Shown piece by piece: positions 38,824 through 48,449 of a stretch of DNA of 64,000 nucleotides. Under the pieces are notes generated by a model. It was not told the origin of the DNA, did not search any database, and saw only the letters and a program-made list of their open reading frames with translations. The stretch's first letter is position 1. Each line of letters starts with the position of its first letter. Source of the DNA: Oligoflexales bacterium (lineage in GTDB: Bacteria > Bdellovibrionota_B > Oligoflexia > Oligoflexales > Bog-1112); assembly GCA_045105515.1 (NCBI GenBank), contig JBGCDR010000036.1:14816-78815 (forward strand), in the 5' to 3' direction. A program made the position numbers and the translations under genes.

Positions 38824-40854
38824 TTATTCCCTTTGTCTTTTACTCAAAAAGAAGTCGGTTTCCTTTTGTTTATCTTGGTATATGCGCTGTAGGTCAGAAG
38901 CTCCATGAATGACATAAGGGGTAAGAAAAATAGCAAGTTGCTTGGTTTTTGTCACCTTTACGTTGTTGCGAAATAAGTGGCCAATAATTGGAATGTCTCC
39001 AAAGAATGGAATTTTACTAGCGGTTTCTGATTCGATAATACTTTTAAGACCTGCAATAACAGCTGTTTGGCCATTTTGAAGAAGTATTGATTGTTTAATT
39101 TTTTTCTTGCTGATTTGGGGAAGTCCAAAACTAAAGCCAGAAAGCTCCGTAGCATCGAGCATTAAGATTAGACTTAGGTCATTGTTGCTGCTTATTTTTG
39201 GTTGAATGGTAAGGTTCATGTCGATGTTTTCTTTTTCTACCTTTGAGCGAGTTGTTCCTAAACTATCAGTGTCAGAGCTACGGAAAAATATTGTTTCCCC
39301 TACAGTTATGTTGGCTTCCTCATTATCTACCGTCAGGATATAAGGAGAAGATAAGACGCGGGTATTTGAGTCTGTTTTAAGCAAGCGAATCAGCGCTCCT
39401 GGAGTGATGGTTCCTAGTCCAGGTACCTCCACACCTTTTCCAGCAAGAGCTCCGATACTCAATCCTTCTGTGGTGGCGGAAGTGAACTGTTGAGCTCTAG
39501 CTCCTTGGGACGTGGAAAGTGCGTTTGAGCTTGCTAGTATCATGGGAGCCATGGTCTTTGCTTGCCAGGCAGTGATAATATCTGTACTGCCAGCACTTCC
39601 AGCAAAAACGGAAGTACCAACTGTGAAGGTATGATCATCACTTATCTCCAAAACATCGACTTCGATGAGTATTTGGCTCCGACGTTTGTCAAGCTTTTGA
39701 ATGATATAGTCAACATCTCGAAACTGGCTTCTGGTACCTGCTACGATAATTGAGTTTGAAGGTTCATCAGCTGTAATTTTAAGCTGACTGATTTTTTTTG
39801 AGTACGTATTCGCTTTTTGTCTATTTGCTAAAGAAAGAGCATTTAATACGCCTGCAAGTTTTTTTGCATCAGCAAACTCAATGGGCCTTAGGTGGATGCT
39901 AGCTTCACCTGCGTCGATTTTTGGAGCTAGGTCGAGGGATCGAGCTAGTTTTGTGAGCCTTTCTATCATAACTGGGGGAGCCATGATTGCTATAAGACCA
40001 TGGCCATCTAAGCTTATGATCTTATAGCTTACTTTTCTAGTTGTGGATTTTTTCCCTCTAGCACTGTTTGCCTCCACTTCAGAAAATTCTTTAATCTTTT
40101 TACTCAGCTCAGAAGGTAATGCATGTTTTATAGAGATCATTTTGAGGCTCGGTTGTTGTGAGCCTACATCGAGGAAGGAAATAATATCGAGGATTCGTTC
40201 AATTTTTTTTGCGCTATCAGTAATAATCAAGGTGTTCGTATTTTCTATTGCGATCATTGACCGTGGGGTTGCAAATCGAGATAAGGACGCCAGAATCCAT
40301 TTTGCTTGAATATATTTGAGGGGTAGGACTTGGGTGACAAGTTCATCTGAATCAGGGAGTTCTTGTGATGGTCCGTAAATGGGAGAGTTGCTTTTCATTC
40401 CCTCTCTGGTCTTCATTATTTTGACTACTTTGCCGGTTTCTATGGTGCTTAGCCCGAGCATGTCCAGTGCTGACAAGAATGTTTTATATGCGTCATCAGG
40501 ACTTAACTTTTCCGGGGCTATAATTTTAATCTTTCCCTTAACTTTATGGTCCCAAATGAAGTTTTTTTTGGACCATCTGGCAACGTCGTCCGCTATAATT
40601 TGAATGTCTGTGGATTCGAAATAATTGAAACTTATAAGCTTTTCCTTGGAGTTTTTTGTTTTTATGGCAGGGCTTGGTTTTTTTTGTATCTTTTTTGATT
40701 TGGTTTTCTCTTTAGGAATGGTTCCTATGGGTTCAGCAGGAGGTAAGTCTGCAGCAAGACTTGGACATTTGATTCCTGGGAGTTCACTAAAAAAGAATCC
40801 AAAACTTAGGTAAAGTATTAATGTCATCACCAGCTTGGTGAACTTGCGATGCAA
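38824..40854 (-). CDS. gspD: Second T2SS secretin GspD paralog (short C-terminus)
   Basis: Same domain series, LSSPYILT, KIPFFGDIPIIGHLF and LAIFLTPYVI; GGAGG RBS. Confidence 0.9.
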   Translation of the reverse strand: MHRKFTKLVMTLILYLSFGFFFSELPGIKCPSLAADLPPAEPIGTIPKEKTKSKKIQKKPSPAIKTKNSKEKLISFNYFESTDIQIIADDVARWSKKNFIWDHKVKGKIKIIAPEKLSPDDAYKTFLSALDMLGLSTIETGKVVKIMKTREGMKSNSPIYGPSQELPDSDELVTQVLPLKYIQAKWILASLSRFATPRSMIAIENTNTLIITDSAKKIERILDIISFLDVGSQQPSLKMISIKHALPSELSKKIKEFSEVEANSARGKKSTTRKVSYKIISLDGHGLIAIMAPPVMIERLTKLARSLDLAPKIDAGEASIHLRPIEFADAKKLAGVLNALSLANRQKANTYSKKISQLKITADEPSNSIIVAGTRSQFRDVDYIIQKLDKRRSQILIEVDVLEISDDHTFTVGTSVFAGSAGSTDIITAWQAKTMAPMILASSNALSTSQGARAQQFTSATTEGLSIGALAGKGVEVPGLGTITPGALIRLLKTDSNTRVLSSPYILTVDNEEANITVGETIFFRSSDTDSLGTTRSKVEKENIDMNLTIQPKISSNNDLSLILMLDATELSGFSFGLPQISKKKIKQSILLQNGQTAVIAGLKSIIESETASKIPFFGDIPIIGHLFRNNVKVTKTKQLAIFLTPYVIHGASDLQRIYQDKQKETDFFLSKRQRE

Positions 40855-40913
40855 AATATGACCTCCAGTATATAAGGAAAGGCTTTTAGCCAGCTAATCG
40901 GATTGACGATTAG

Positions 40914-41909
40914 TTATTTAATGCGGGCATGTAGAGTCTTGGGTGTCTTACCTTGTCTCAAGACGCGAATAGTAATATCACGTTCATCAAGCAATGCCTG
41001 ATAGAGTGCAAACCCTTGTTCAGCTTCCATTATCGTATCGTTTACCTGTGTGATGACATCACCATTTTGCAGTCCAATTTTGTCTAGCAAAGTGTTTTTT
41101 TGGATAGCAAAAGCCTTAAATCCATTGACTCTGTTTTCTACGGTGTTGGGAACTAGTCTGGCTGATTGAATGATTTTTCCAAAGCCATCACCCAGCTCAC
41201 TCTCAACAAAAGCTGCTTGCAGTAGGACAGTGCCTCCTTCGACTTCCTCAACTGCTGGAGAAGATCCGCCACCATTTTCATCGAATAGGGAGCCCCTTCC
41301 TGCTTCGGCGACTTTAATTTCGAGACACTCTTTATTTCCAGAGTTATTTATGATCACTCGGTTACGCTCGATGCTGACGATCAATGCGTCATCCATCCCA
41401 ATAATCCCATCGCCAGCTTTGTAAATATCGGCTTCATCAAACCCGGCTTCCTTTATGGTTGCCATTGAGTTTTTTTGATTTCCCAAAAAAATGGTGCCTA
41501 TGAGGCTGAGCTTTAGTTTGCTTGGGATGCAAGGGGCAGATTCATCAAAATCCTCTTTCCTTTTTTCGGTCGCAGCTTGATCGGCTTTGTTCGTTTCATC
41601 AGGAAGCTCACCGTCAAGACTGAACAAATTTCGTTCGAGAATTTGTTTCTTTAAGCTATGAAAATTTGGTCTTCCCTGCAAGTTTACCTGAGGAGCAGAA
41701 ATTGCAGCTTTGGAAATCTTGTAGTTTCCCACTGAATCCATAATAAACGGTATTAAAAAAGCACCAACAGCACTTGCGCTGATATAGGAGACAAATAGGA
41801 CTCCACTCGACAGAATCGAATGCTTAATGAAGCTGTCCAGAGACTTTTTAAAGCCGCCTGATATCCCGCCTTTTTTAGAGCCAACCAGCAATTTTATTTT
41901 ATCAAACAT
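40914..41909 (-). CDS. gspC: GspC (TM, HR domain, PDZ)
   Basis: ILERNLF, LSLIGTI, IERNRVII and IGLQNGDVITQVN. Confidence 0.85.
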   Translation of the reverse strand: MFDKIKLLVGSKKGGISGGFKKSLDSFIKHSILSSGVLFVSYISASAVGAFLIPFIMDSVGNYKISKAAISAPQVNLQGRPNFHSLKKQILERNLFSLDGELPDETNKADQAATEKRKEDFDESAPCIPSKLKLSLIGTIFLGNQKNSMATIKEAGFDEADIYKAGDGIIGMDDALIVSIERNRVIINNSGNKECLEIKVAEAGRGSLFDENGGGSSPAVEEVEGGTVLLQAAFVESELGDGFGKIIQSARLVPNTVENRVNGFKAFAIQKNTLLDKIGLQNGDVITQVNDTIMEAEQGFALYQALLDERDITIRVLRQGKTPKTLHARIK

Positions 41910-41913
41910 GAGT

Positions 41914-42930
41914 TTACCGAACTTGTAAGTTTATTGTTTGGATCACCCCACCTCTTTCAAGTCTCACCTCTAAATCATTTTCACCACGTAATGAGTTAAG
42001 AAGTTTGATAGCTTGAGCTGTATCAACTAGGGAGACACCGTTGATTTCTTTAACAACGTCGCCATTTTGTAGGCCGGCTTTTTGATAAATTGAGTCCTCC
42101 CTGATACGATTGAGTCGAAAACCACTTAATTCGCCGCCTACCAAGTGGGGTTCGGCTTTTGCGTCCTGGAGAATCTTAGCAAAATCTGTGGTGAGAAGCT
42201 TACGTCTAAAGTCAGAGGACATCGTAATGGCGGCACCCTGGCGCTCAAAACCTTCTTCTTTGTAAGTTTCAGGTGGAGGTTCGGTAGCATATATTTTCTT
42301 GGAAGCAGGTTTTTTAGAGCCGGAAGATTTCTTGCGGCGTTTACTTACTAGCTGCTTTCTCTCGAGCTCGATATATTCCCTATGGTCCCCACGGTCTATG
42401 ATCACTTTTTCCCGATGGATTTCTATGATTCTTGCTTTTTGAGCAAGGAGATCTCCTACAAAGAAGCTATTCTGGTTGCGCTTAGAAGTATCTTCTATAA
42501 GAGCAATTCCAGAGTAAGGGTCTCCTCCATATATGGTTCCAAGTAACTTGAGTGGGAGAGTGGATTTAATCGCTTTTGTTCCAGAGTAAACAGGTTGTTC
42601 TTCAGAAGATTCAAGCATATCTTCTTCACCGGTTTTACCTTCTTTATTGAAAAGATTGCGATTGACGATTTCGTCTATTCCTTGCTTTCCGATGCTTGGT
42701 GTTGGTTTTTGAATGGAAGCTACATTCCTGGCCTTGGGAACGATTTTAAGATCACTTTTTGAAGGAAATAATAGGTAGTTGGCAATAAGGCTAGCGCCTG
42801 TAGCCCCTAAAAAGCCAATGGATACAGCCCCAAAAATTCCCTTCCAAGGGAGTTTTTTCGCCTTATCAAGTTCTATCAGTATGGCGTTGAGGTTAAGCAT
42901 AGCTTGTCCTTGAATTAGGTTGCCATCCAC
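41914..42930 (-). CDS. gspC: Second GspC paralog (TM, HR domain, PDZ)
   Basis: IVNRNLF, LKLLGTI, IHREKVII and AGLQNGDVVKEING. Confidence 0.85.
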   Translation of the reverse strand: MDGNLIQGQAMLNLNAILIELDKAKKLPWKGIFGAVSIGFLGATGASLIANYLLFPSKSDLKIVPKARNVASIQKPTPSIGKQGIDEIVNRNLFNKEGKTGEEDMLESSEEQPVYSGTKAIKSTLPLKLLGTIYGGDPYSGIALIEDTSKRNQNSFFVGDLLAQKARIIEIHREKVIIDRGDHREYIELERKQLVSKRRKKSSGSKKPASKKIYATEPPPETYKEEGFERQGAAITMSSDFRRKLLTTDFAKILQDAKAEPHLVGGELSGFRLNRIREDSIYQKAGLQNGDVVKEINGVSLVDTAQAIKLLNSLRGENDLEVRLERGGVIQTINLQVR

Positions 42931-42947
42931 ACTCTGTGGCTGCCAGT

Positions 42948-43580
42948 TTATCTTTTGGCATTTTTCTTGAGCAGCTTTTGCCCTTCTTTGCTTTCCAGTA
43001 ATTGCTTAATTCGGTTTGCCGCCTCATCATTGGTTGCAAAGCTGTCATTAAAGCAAAGAGATGAATGCTCAAATCCTTCGAGTCTTTCTTTTAATTGACT
43101 TGTCAGGCGATCCATCAATAGCTCTTCTCTTTCTTTCATATTTCCAACATTGGCTATATCGGATAGAAGCGGACGTTTCTTCAGCTCTTCAGGGTGAGAT
43201 GCAAAGCGTTTAGCTATAGCACTTGGAGAAACCTGCAGCCACACGGTCACCCCTAGGTCTTCAATCAGATCTAAGTTTTGATCAGCCTGCATGGTACCCC
43301 CGCCAAGAGAAATGACTTGGCTTACGGCTGACTTAATGGATGAAAGTGCCTCAGTTTCCTTTTTCCTAAAATAGTCTTCGCCGTGATCCTTGAATATATT
43401 CTTGATGGATTTTTTTTCCGATTTTTCTATCCAGTCATCTAAATCGAGATAGCCGAAGCCCAACCGCCGAGCAAGTTGCTTGCCTATGGCTGTTTTGCCG
43501 CTTCCACAAATACCTGTTAATATGATGTTTTTTAGATTTTTTGGTAATCTTTCGGACTTTTCTTTGCCATATAATATCAT
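42948..43580 (-). CDS. aroK: Shikimate kinase
   Basis: GICGSGKT, DLDDWIE, GEDYFRKKE, SLGGG and RPLL. Confidence 0.9.
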   Translation of the reverse strand: MILYGKEKSERLPKNLKNIILTGICGSGKTAIGKQLARRLGFGYLDLDDWIEKSEKKSIKNIFKDHGEDYFRKKETEALSSIKSAVSQVISLGGGTMQADQNLDLIEDLGVTVWLQVSPSAIAKRFASHPEELKKRPLLSDIANVGNMKEREELLMDRLTSQLKERLEGFEHSSLCFNDSFATNDEAANRIKQLLESKEGQKLLKKNAKR

Positions 43581-43814
43581 TTTGCTTTCTTAATCTGCTA
43601 AGACCTCGGCATAATTGGCCAGAGGATAAGAAGTTGTTCCACTCGCTCATCGACGGGAGCATCAAAAAAAGCCCCGATTACATTTTAACCCAGCTTGGCT
43701 AAAAGGAAGATAAGAGCTCCCCAATCCAGCCTTATATTCGATATTGGTTTGAATGAGAATAAATATTTCTGCTTTAGTGTAACAAGGGCGGCTAGCAAAG
43801 GAGCAGGTAGCACC

Positions 43815-44633
43815 ATGTTGATAAAAGAAACAAAACTCAAAGATCGTATTGAATGGACTATTGACGATCCAAAAAATGGCAACTCCTTAGGAATGAGGAT
43901 GTATGATCGATTCCATGAGTTATTGACTAGTTTGGAGAAAGAATGCGAAAGAAGTATTCACGGTTCCCATGATGATGCACCGACCACACGTTTGCTTGTG
44001 ATTAAAGCAAATTATGACGGTAGCCAAGCGCAGCCCATTTGGGTCGCTGGTGGTAACCTTAAGGAGCTTGCCTCCTTGAATCAGGCTGAAGCTAGAAACT
44101 ATATCAAGAATTATTCTATGCTATGCCGGAGGCTGCTAAACTTGCCTATTCCCGTACTTTTTGCCATGGATGGTCAAGTTATCGGTGGGGGAGTTGAGCT
44201 TGCTTTGTTTGGTGATCTCCGCTTCGCTACAGCTTCAACAACTTTTTCTTTCAAACAGCTTAGGGTTGGCCTTGCTTTAGGCTATGGTAGTTCCAATCGT
44301 TTGACACAGCTGATTGGTCCTTCGAGTGCTATGGATTATTTGCTCCTACAAAAAGTCATTGGAGCTAAGGAATTGTTGGCAAAAGGTCTTATTCAGAAAG
44401 AGCTTTCAAGTGTTGGTGAGCTTGATGAGGCGATTGCAAACTTTAGTGCAAATCTTTCTCAGCTAGAACCACTAGCGGTTGCTATGCAAAAGCGCATGCT
44501 AAATCGTGCTTTTTTATCTTTAAACTCTCAGGTTGAGCAAGATCTTGATGACTTTAGTAAGCTCTGGAAAAACCCAAGTCATTTGAAGTTTCTTGACCAC
44601 TTTTTAAAAGGTGAGAGCAATGAACCAAGATGA
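43815..44633 (+). CDS. Crotonase-superfamily (enoyl-CoA hydratase/isomerase) protein
   Basis: AGGNLKEL and GQVIGGGVELALFGDLRFA; ATG 43815 preferred as start. Confidence 0.85.
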   Translation: MLIKETKLKDRIEWTIDDPKNGNSLGMRMYDRFHELLTSLEKECERSIHGSHDDAPTTRLLVIKANYDGSQAQPIWVAGGNLKELASLNQAEARNYIKNYSMLCRRLLNLPIPVLFAMDGQVIGGGVELALFGDLRFATASTTFSFKQLRVGLALGYGSSNRLTQLIGPSSAMDYLLLQKVIGAKELLAKGLIQKELSSVGELDEAIANFSANLSQLEPLAVAMQKRMLNRAFLSLNSQVEQDLDDFSKLWKNPSHLKFLDHFLKGESNEPR

Positions 44634-45543
44634 TTTGATCGTCCTTTCAACAGGTAAAATCTCTTTGAAGGATTCCGATCCTAATAGTTTTTACTTCTAT
44701 TCCGTAAGTTCAGAGCAATCTTTAGAGTCTGACTTTAGCCTGTCTAGTTATCTAAAGGTAGTTTGGTCCGAAGGCTTTAATAAGAGGTGTTCTTATCAGT
44801 GTTTTTATAAAGGGGTTAAACAAAAACTTGAAGTGAAGGCTAGTAGCTCTTTTGCTTTGTTTGACTTAACTTTTTTGGATGAAGGCTTAAAACTTTTGGC
44901 CTATGTAAATTGTCCTGAGAAGCAACCTGTCTCTTTCATGGATATTCAAGGTTATAAAAATTTGCTTATTCTTCCATTGGTTGGCTTAATAAATCGACAA
45001 TGGAGAGATGGTTTCTGTGGGCATGTTATTCAGGGAGGTCTGGTAAGTTCCATGGTGCCTGCTGGTCCATTCCAAAGTTTAAGTTTTCCATACAAGAATT
45101 TAAACTTTCAGCCAGACCCTCAAGATAGCTGGAAAATAAAGGACTTAATGCAGCACTTTTCTGGCCCTGAATATTTGCGTCTTTCTTTAGTAGCAGCAAT
45201 AAGCAGCCAGCTGGGTGCAACTGCGAGACAAGCCATTGATGTTGACTTGGTAACATTTTCACTTGAAACTGCGGTGTCTTTGCTACTACTTAGGCAGGCT
45301 TATCCAGAAGCTAAGATTCAGCTCATCTCAAAAGATATTTTTAAAAACTGGCCAAAACCTTGGAAACATTTTGCGAACTGTTTGGGTATGCAAGCAGCGC
45401 CGGAGCAACCGGGCCATTTGGCCCTGCCTGCTAGCGAGATTGCTAAGCATATCAATCCAAGTAGGTTGCAGGAGTTAGCTATACATATGAATGGCCCGTC
45501 TCAAATTCTCCGAGGCTTACTCCGCGTAGATACTAAACATTGA
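44611..45543 (+). CDS. Hypothetical protein
   Basis: 310-aa ORF overlapping the upstream gene; no motif recognised. Confidence 0.55.
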   Translation: MRAMNQDDLIVLSTGKISLKDSDPNSFYFYSVSSEQSLESDFSLSSYLKVVWSEGFNKRCSYQCFYKGVKQKLEVKASSSFALFDLTFLDEGLKLLAYVNCPEKQPVSFMDIQGYKNLLILPLVGLINRQWRDGFCGHVIQGGLVSSMVPAGPFQSLSFPYKNLNFQPDPQDSWKIKDLMQHFSGPEYLRLSLVAAISSQLGATARQAIDVDLVTFSLETAVSLLLLRQAYPEAKIQLISKDIFKNWPKPWKHFANCLGMQAAPEQPGHLALPASEIAKHINPSRLQELAIHMNGPSQILRGLLRVDTKH

Positions 45544-46651
45544 AGCGAAACTCCATAATGTCGCCATCAAGCACAGTGTACTCTTTGCCCTCGATACGAA
45601 TCAGGCCTTGTTCCTTGAGCTTGACCTTGTTCCCTGCTTTAAGCAGCTCAGAGACCGTAAACACTTCGGCGCAGATGAAGCCTCGTTCAAAATCTGAGTG
45701 AATGACTCCTGCAGCTCCTGGGGCCTTTGTGCCTTTTTGAATTGTCCATGCACGAATCTCTTTTTCCCCAGCTGTAAAGTAGCTTTGAAGACCAAGCATT
45801 TTGTAGCCAGCTCTAATAAGGCGGTTCAAGCCGGGTTCGTTCAAGCCCAAATCTGCTAGCATTTCTTGCTTTTCATCGGTTTCCAATTGACTTAGTTCTT
45901 CTTCTATTTTTCCTGAGACTATGACGACTTCAGCCTCTTCTTTGGCGGCAAACTCTTTAACACTTTTGGTATAGTCGTTGTCATGGTTTCCGTCAGCTAG
46001 GTCTTCATCGACATTGCACACATAAAGAACTTTCTTAGCTGTTATGAGGTGCATGTCTCTATATGCAAGAGAAACCTCGTGAACATCACCAAGGTAATCA
46101 TCTAGATTGAAGTTTCTTGCTGGTTTTAGTTCCTGGAGATGGTCTGCTAAAGCTTCAATCATTTTTAGAATTGCAGGAATTTCTTTTTTTCCAGTTTTTT
46201 CAAGTTTTTTGTACCTAGTGAGGCTAGACTCAACAGTTTCATTGTCGGCAAAAATTAATTCGGTTTGAATAATCTCGATATCCCTCACCGGGTTTACTCC
46301 CCCTTCCACATGAGTAATATCGCCAGAATCGAAGCACCTAACAACATGAGCAATAGCATCAGTAGAACGGATATGCCCCAAGAATTTATTGCCCAGCCCT
46401 TCTCCGCGAGATGCCCCTTTAACAAGGCCAGCAATGTCAACGAATTCCATCGACGAAGGTATAATTTTTTGTGCTGGAACACAGCTTTCGATAGCCTCAA
46501 GTCGCTGGTCAGGCACATCGACCCGTCCTACATTCGGATCAATGGTGCAAAAAGGGTAATTCTCTGAAGCAGCTCCAGCTGAAGTAAGTGCATTAAAAAT
46601 AGTTGACTTTCCTACATTTGGTAAGCCTACGATACCACATTTGAATCCCAT
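45533..46651 (-). CDS. ychF: Ribosome-binding ATPase YchF
   Basis: GIVGLPNVGKST, NYPFCTIDPN, DIAGLV and IHSDFERGFI. Confidence 0.97.
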   Translation of the reverse strand: MGFKCGIVGLPNVGKSTIFNALTSAGAASENYPFCTIDPNVGRVDVPDQRLEAIESCVPAQKIIPSSMEFVDIAGLVKGASRGEGLGNKFLGHIRSTDAIAHVVRCFDSGDITHVEGGVNPVRDIEIIQTELIFADNETVESSLTRYKKLEKTGKKEIPAILKMIEALADHLQELKPARNFNLDDYLGDVHEVSLAYRDMHLITAKKVLYVCNVDEDLADGNHDNDYTKSVKEFAAKEEAEVVIVSGKIEEELSQLETDEKQEMLADLGLNEPGLNRLIRAGYKMLGLQSYFTAGEKEIRAWTIQKGTKAPGAAGVIHSDFERGFICAEVFTVSELLKAGNKVKLKEQGLIRIEGKEYTVLDGDIMEFRFNV

Positions 46652-46657
46652 GGAAAT

Positions 46658-47149
46658 TTAACTCCGCATATTGATATATTGAAGAGGAAGGCCAAGGTCA
46701 GAGCTTTTCAGCATTGATATGACAGCCTGTAGGTCGTCAATCTTTTTCCCAGATACCCTAACCTGCTGGTCTTGGATCTGAGGTTGGACCTTAATTTTAG
46801 ATTCCTTGATTGCTTTTGTTATTTTCTTGGCGTTTTCTTTATCGATTCCTGAGCGTAGAGCGACTTCCTGCTTTATAAGATTTCCTCCAGCCTCTTTTTC
46901 ATCTCCGTAGTTGAGAACTCTGCAATCGATGCTGCGCTTTGCAAATTTGCCTTCTAATAATTGATGGATAGACCTCAATTTTATTTCATCATCAGCAGTG
47001 ATTTTTATTTGTTTGTTTTCCTTGTCTAACTCTATGTTAGAGCTAGATCCGCGAAAATCAAATCGCCCTCGAATCTCTTTGCTGGTTTGGTTAACAGCGT
47101 TATCAACCTCCTGCAAATTTACTTCGCAAACGATATCGAAAGATGGCAT
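46658..47149 (-). CDS. yajQ: YajQ family nucleotide/c-di-GMP-binding protein
   Basis: MPSFDIV, NAVNQ...RFDF and VRVSGKKIDDLQ. Confidence 0.95.
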   Translation of the reverse strand: MPSFDIVCEVNLQEVDNAVNQTSKEIRGRFDFRGSSSNIELDKENKQIKITADDEIKLRSIHQLLEGKFAKRSIDCRVLNYGDEKEAGGNLIKQEVALRSGIDKENAKKITKAIKESKIKVQPQIQDQQVRVSGKKIDDLQAVISMLKSSDLGLPLQYINMRS

Positions 47150-47231
47150 AATATCTCCTATGAATTAATACGTTATCTTTCTTAGGTATTCCAAAAGGCA
47201 CCCTGCGAATCTTTTAAAGTAAAATTGGAAA

Positions 47232-48356
47232 ATGATGGATATTACCAACTTTTCTTCCCCTCATCTTATCATTATTTTCTTGATATCTAGCTCCCTGGGA
47301 AACGTTCCAGTCTTAAAAGCTGCTGGCAAACTCTCTCCTTCGACGCGAGAGAACATACAAGTTAGTAATCGTAGCTTTAAGAAATGTCGTTCTGACGCTC
47401 TTACTATGATGAAGGATGGAAAACTTTCTCCTAAGCGGCTAAAACGTAGACTGGTAGGATGCAAAGAAAAATTTCCTGGAGCTAGCCTTTACATTAGTTG
47501 TAAAAAAAAAGCACTAAAAACATATAAAGGTAAAAAAGCCAAACTTAAAGAAAAAGTATCAGAATGTAAGAAACTCTTGCTTGCTACAAGCTTCGATGCT
47601 GCAAACCCCATACCTTTTAGTCTCCTTAAATCGCAGTATTTTTTTTCCGGAATTGGTTTTAATAAACCACTTTCTTTACGAGAGCTTGATCTACCAAACT
47701 TTGATTGTAGTAAGGTAAAGCCAGCTGTGAAAAAACCGCAGAATGCTGAGTTTTTTCTTTTTGGGAACCATCCTCAAATGTTCAAGGCATTTAGTCGATG
47801 GAATTCTAAGAAGGTTTCTAAAAGATTAGGACTTCCGTTAGAAATTCCGCCAGATGGGCATTATGTAGAAAACCTAGGTAAAGTTTTTGGAAATATTCGA
47901 ACCAAAGCAGCTACGGTGTATTTTCCAAGTGCTAGTTGTGTTTTTAGTGGGCCGCTTGGAACAAATTTTACCGGATTAAGCGTTTACTACCTTATTGATT
48001 CTAAGAGACAACTCTTGTTGCCGTACTTTTCAATAGCATTTTATCATCCCAATTTTTCTGCCATATCCAAGACCCAGATGGGCGAGGAAGTTCAAAAAAT
48101 GTTTGCTGAAAATGGGTCTAAAGACCATAAAAAGGATTCCATAAGTGAATTGATTGATGTAATTGCTACATCAAAAATCAAGGAGTTTGATGAGGAGGGA
48201 GACCCTCGAAACTTATGTGCTTCCCCTCGTAAGCACCGGTTTATCGCTGTGCTCAAAGGGCGTAAAAATGAGATTGATAAGCTTGAATACTTAATTATGG
48301 CAAATGTAAAGAATTTGTGCAGTTTCGGTGACAGAATCACCCGCCTCTTCCGCTAA
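47232..48356 (+). CDS. Hypothetical exported basic protein with spaced cysteines
   Basis: Hydrophobic N-terminus and a Lys-rich helical region with periodic Cys. Confidence 0.55.
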   Translation: MMDITNFSSPHLIIIFLISSSLGNVPVLKAAGKLSPSTRENIQVSNRSFKKCRSDALTMMKDGKLSPKRLKRRLVGCKEKFPGASLYISCKKKALKTYKGKKAKLKEKVSECKKLLLATSFDAANPIPFSLLKSQYFFSGIGFNKPLSLRELDLPNFDCSKVKPAVKKPQNAEFFLFGNHPQMFKAFSRWNSKKVSKRLGLPLEIPPDGHYVENLGKVFGNIRTKAATVYFPSASCVFSGPLGTNFTGLSVYYLIDSKRQLLLPYFSIAFYHPNFSAISKTQMGEEVQKMFAENGSKDHKKDSISELIDVIATSKIKEFDEEGDPRNLCASPRKHRFIAVLKGRKNEIDKLEYLIMANVKNLCSFGDRITRLFR

Positions 48357-48449
48357 TGCTCACTTAGTAAGCGCTTTTCATAGTTTTAGAATCGTTGTAA
48401 AAGTTCCTATTGTAAAGGATACCTAACCTTAATTAGGAAGTGAATTAGC

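Noticed and set aside
25417..42930. Type IV pilus or Tad locus
   Set aside because: Despite the PilM-like gene, GspC-PDZ, GspD N-domains, GspG, GspK and GspN motifs, with no PilT, indicate a T2SS.
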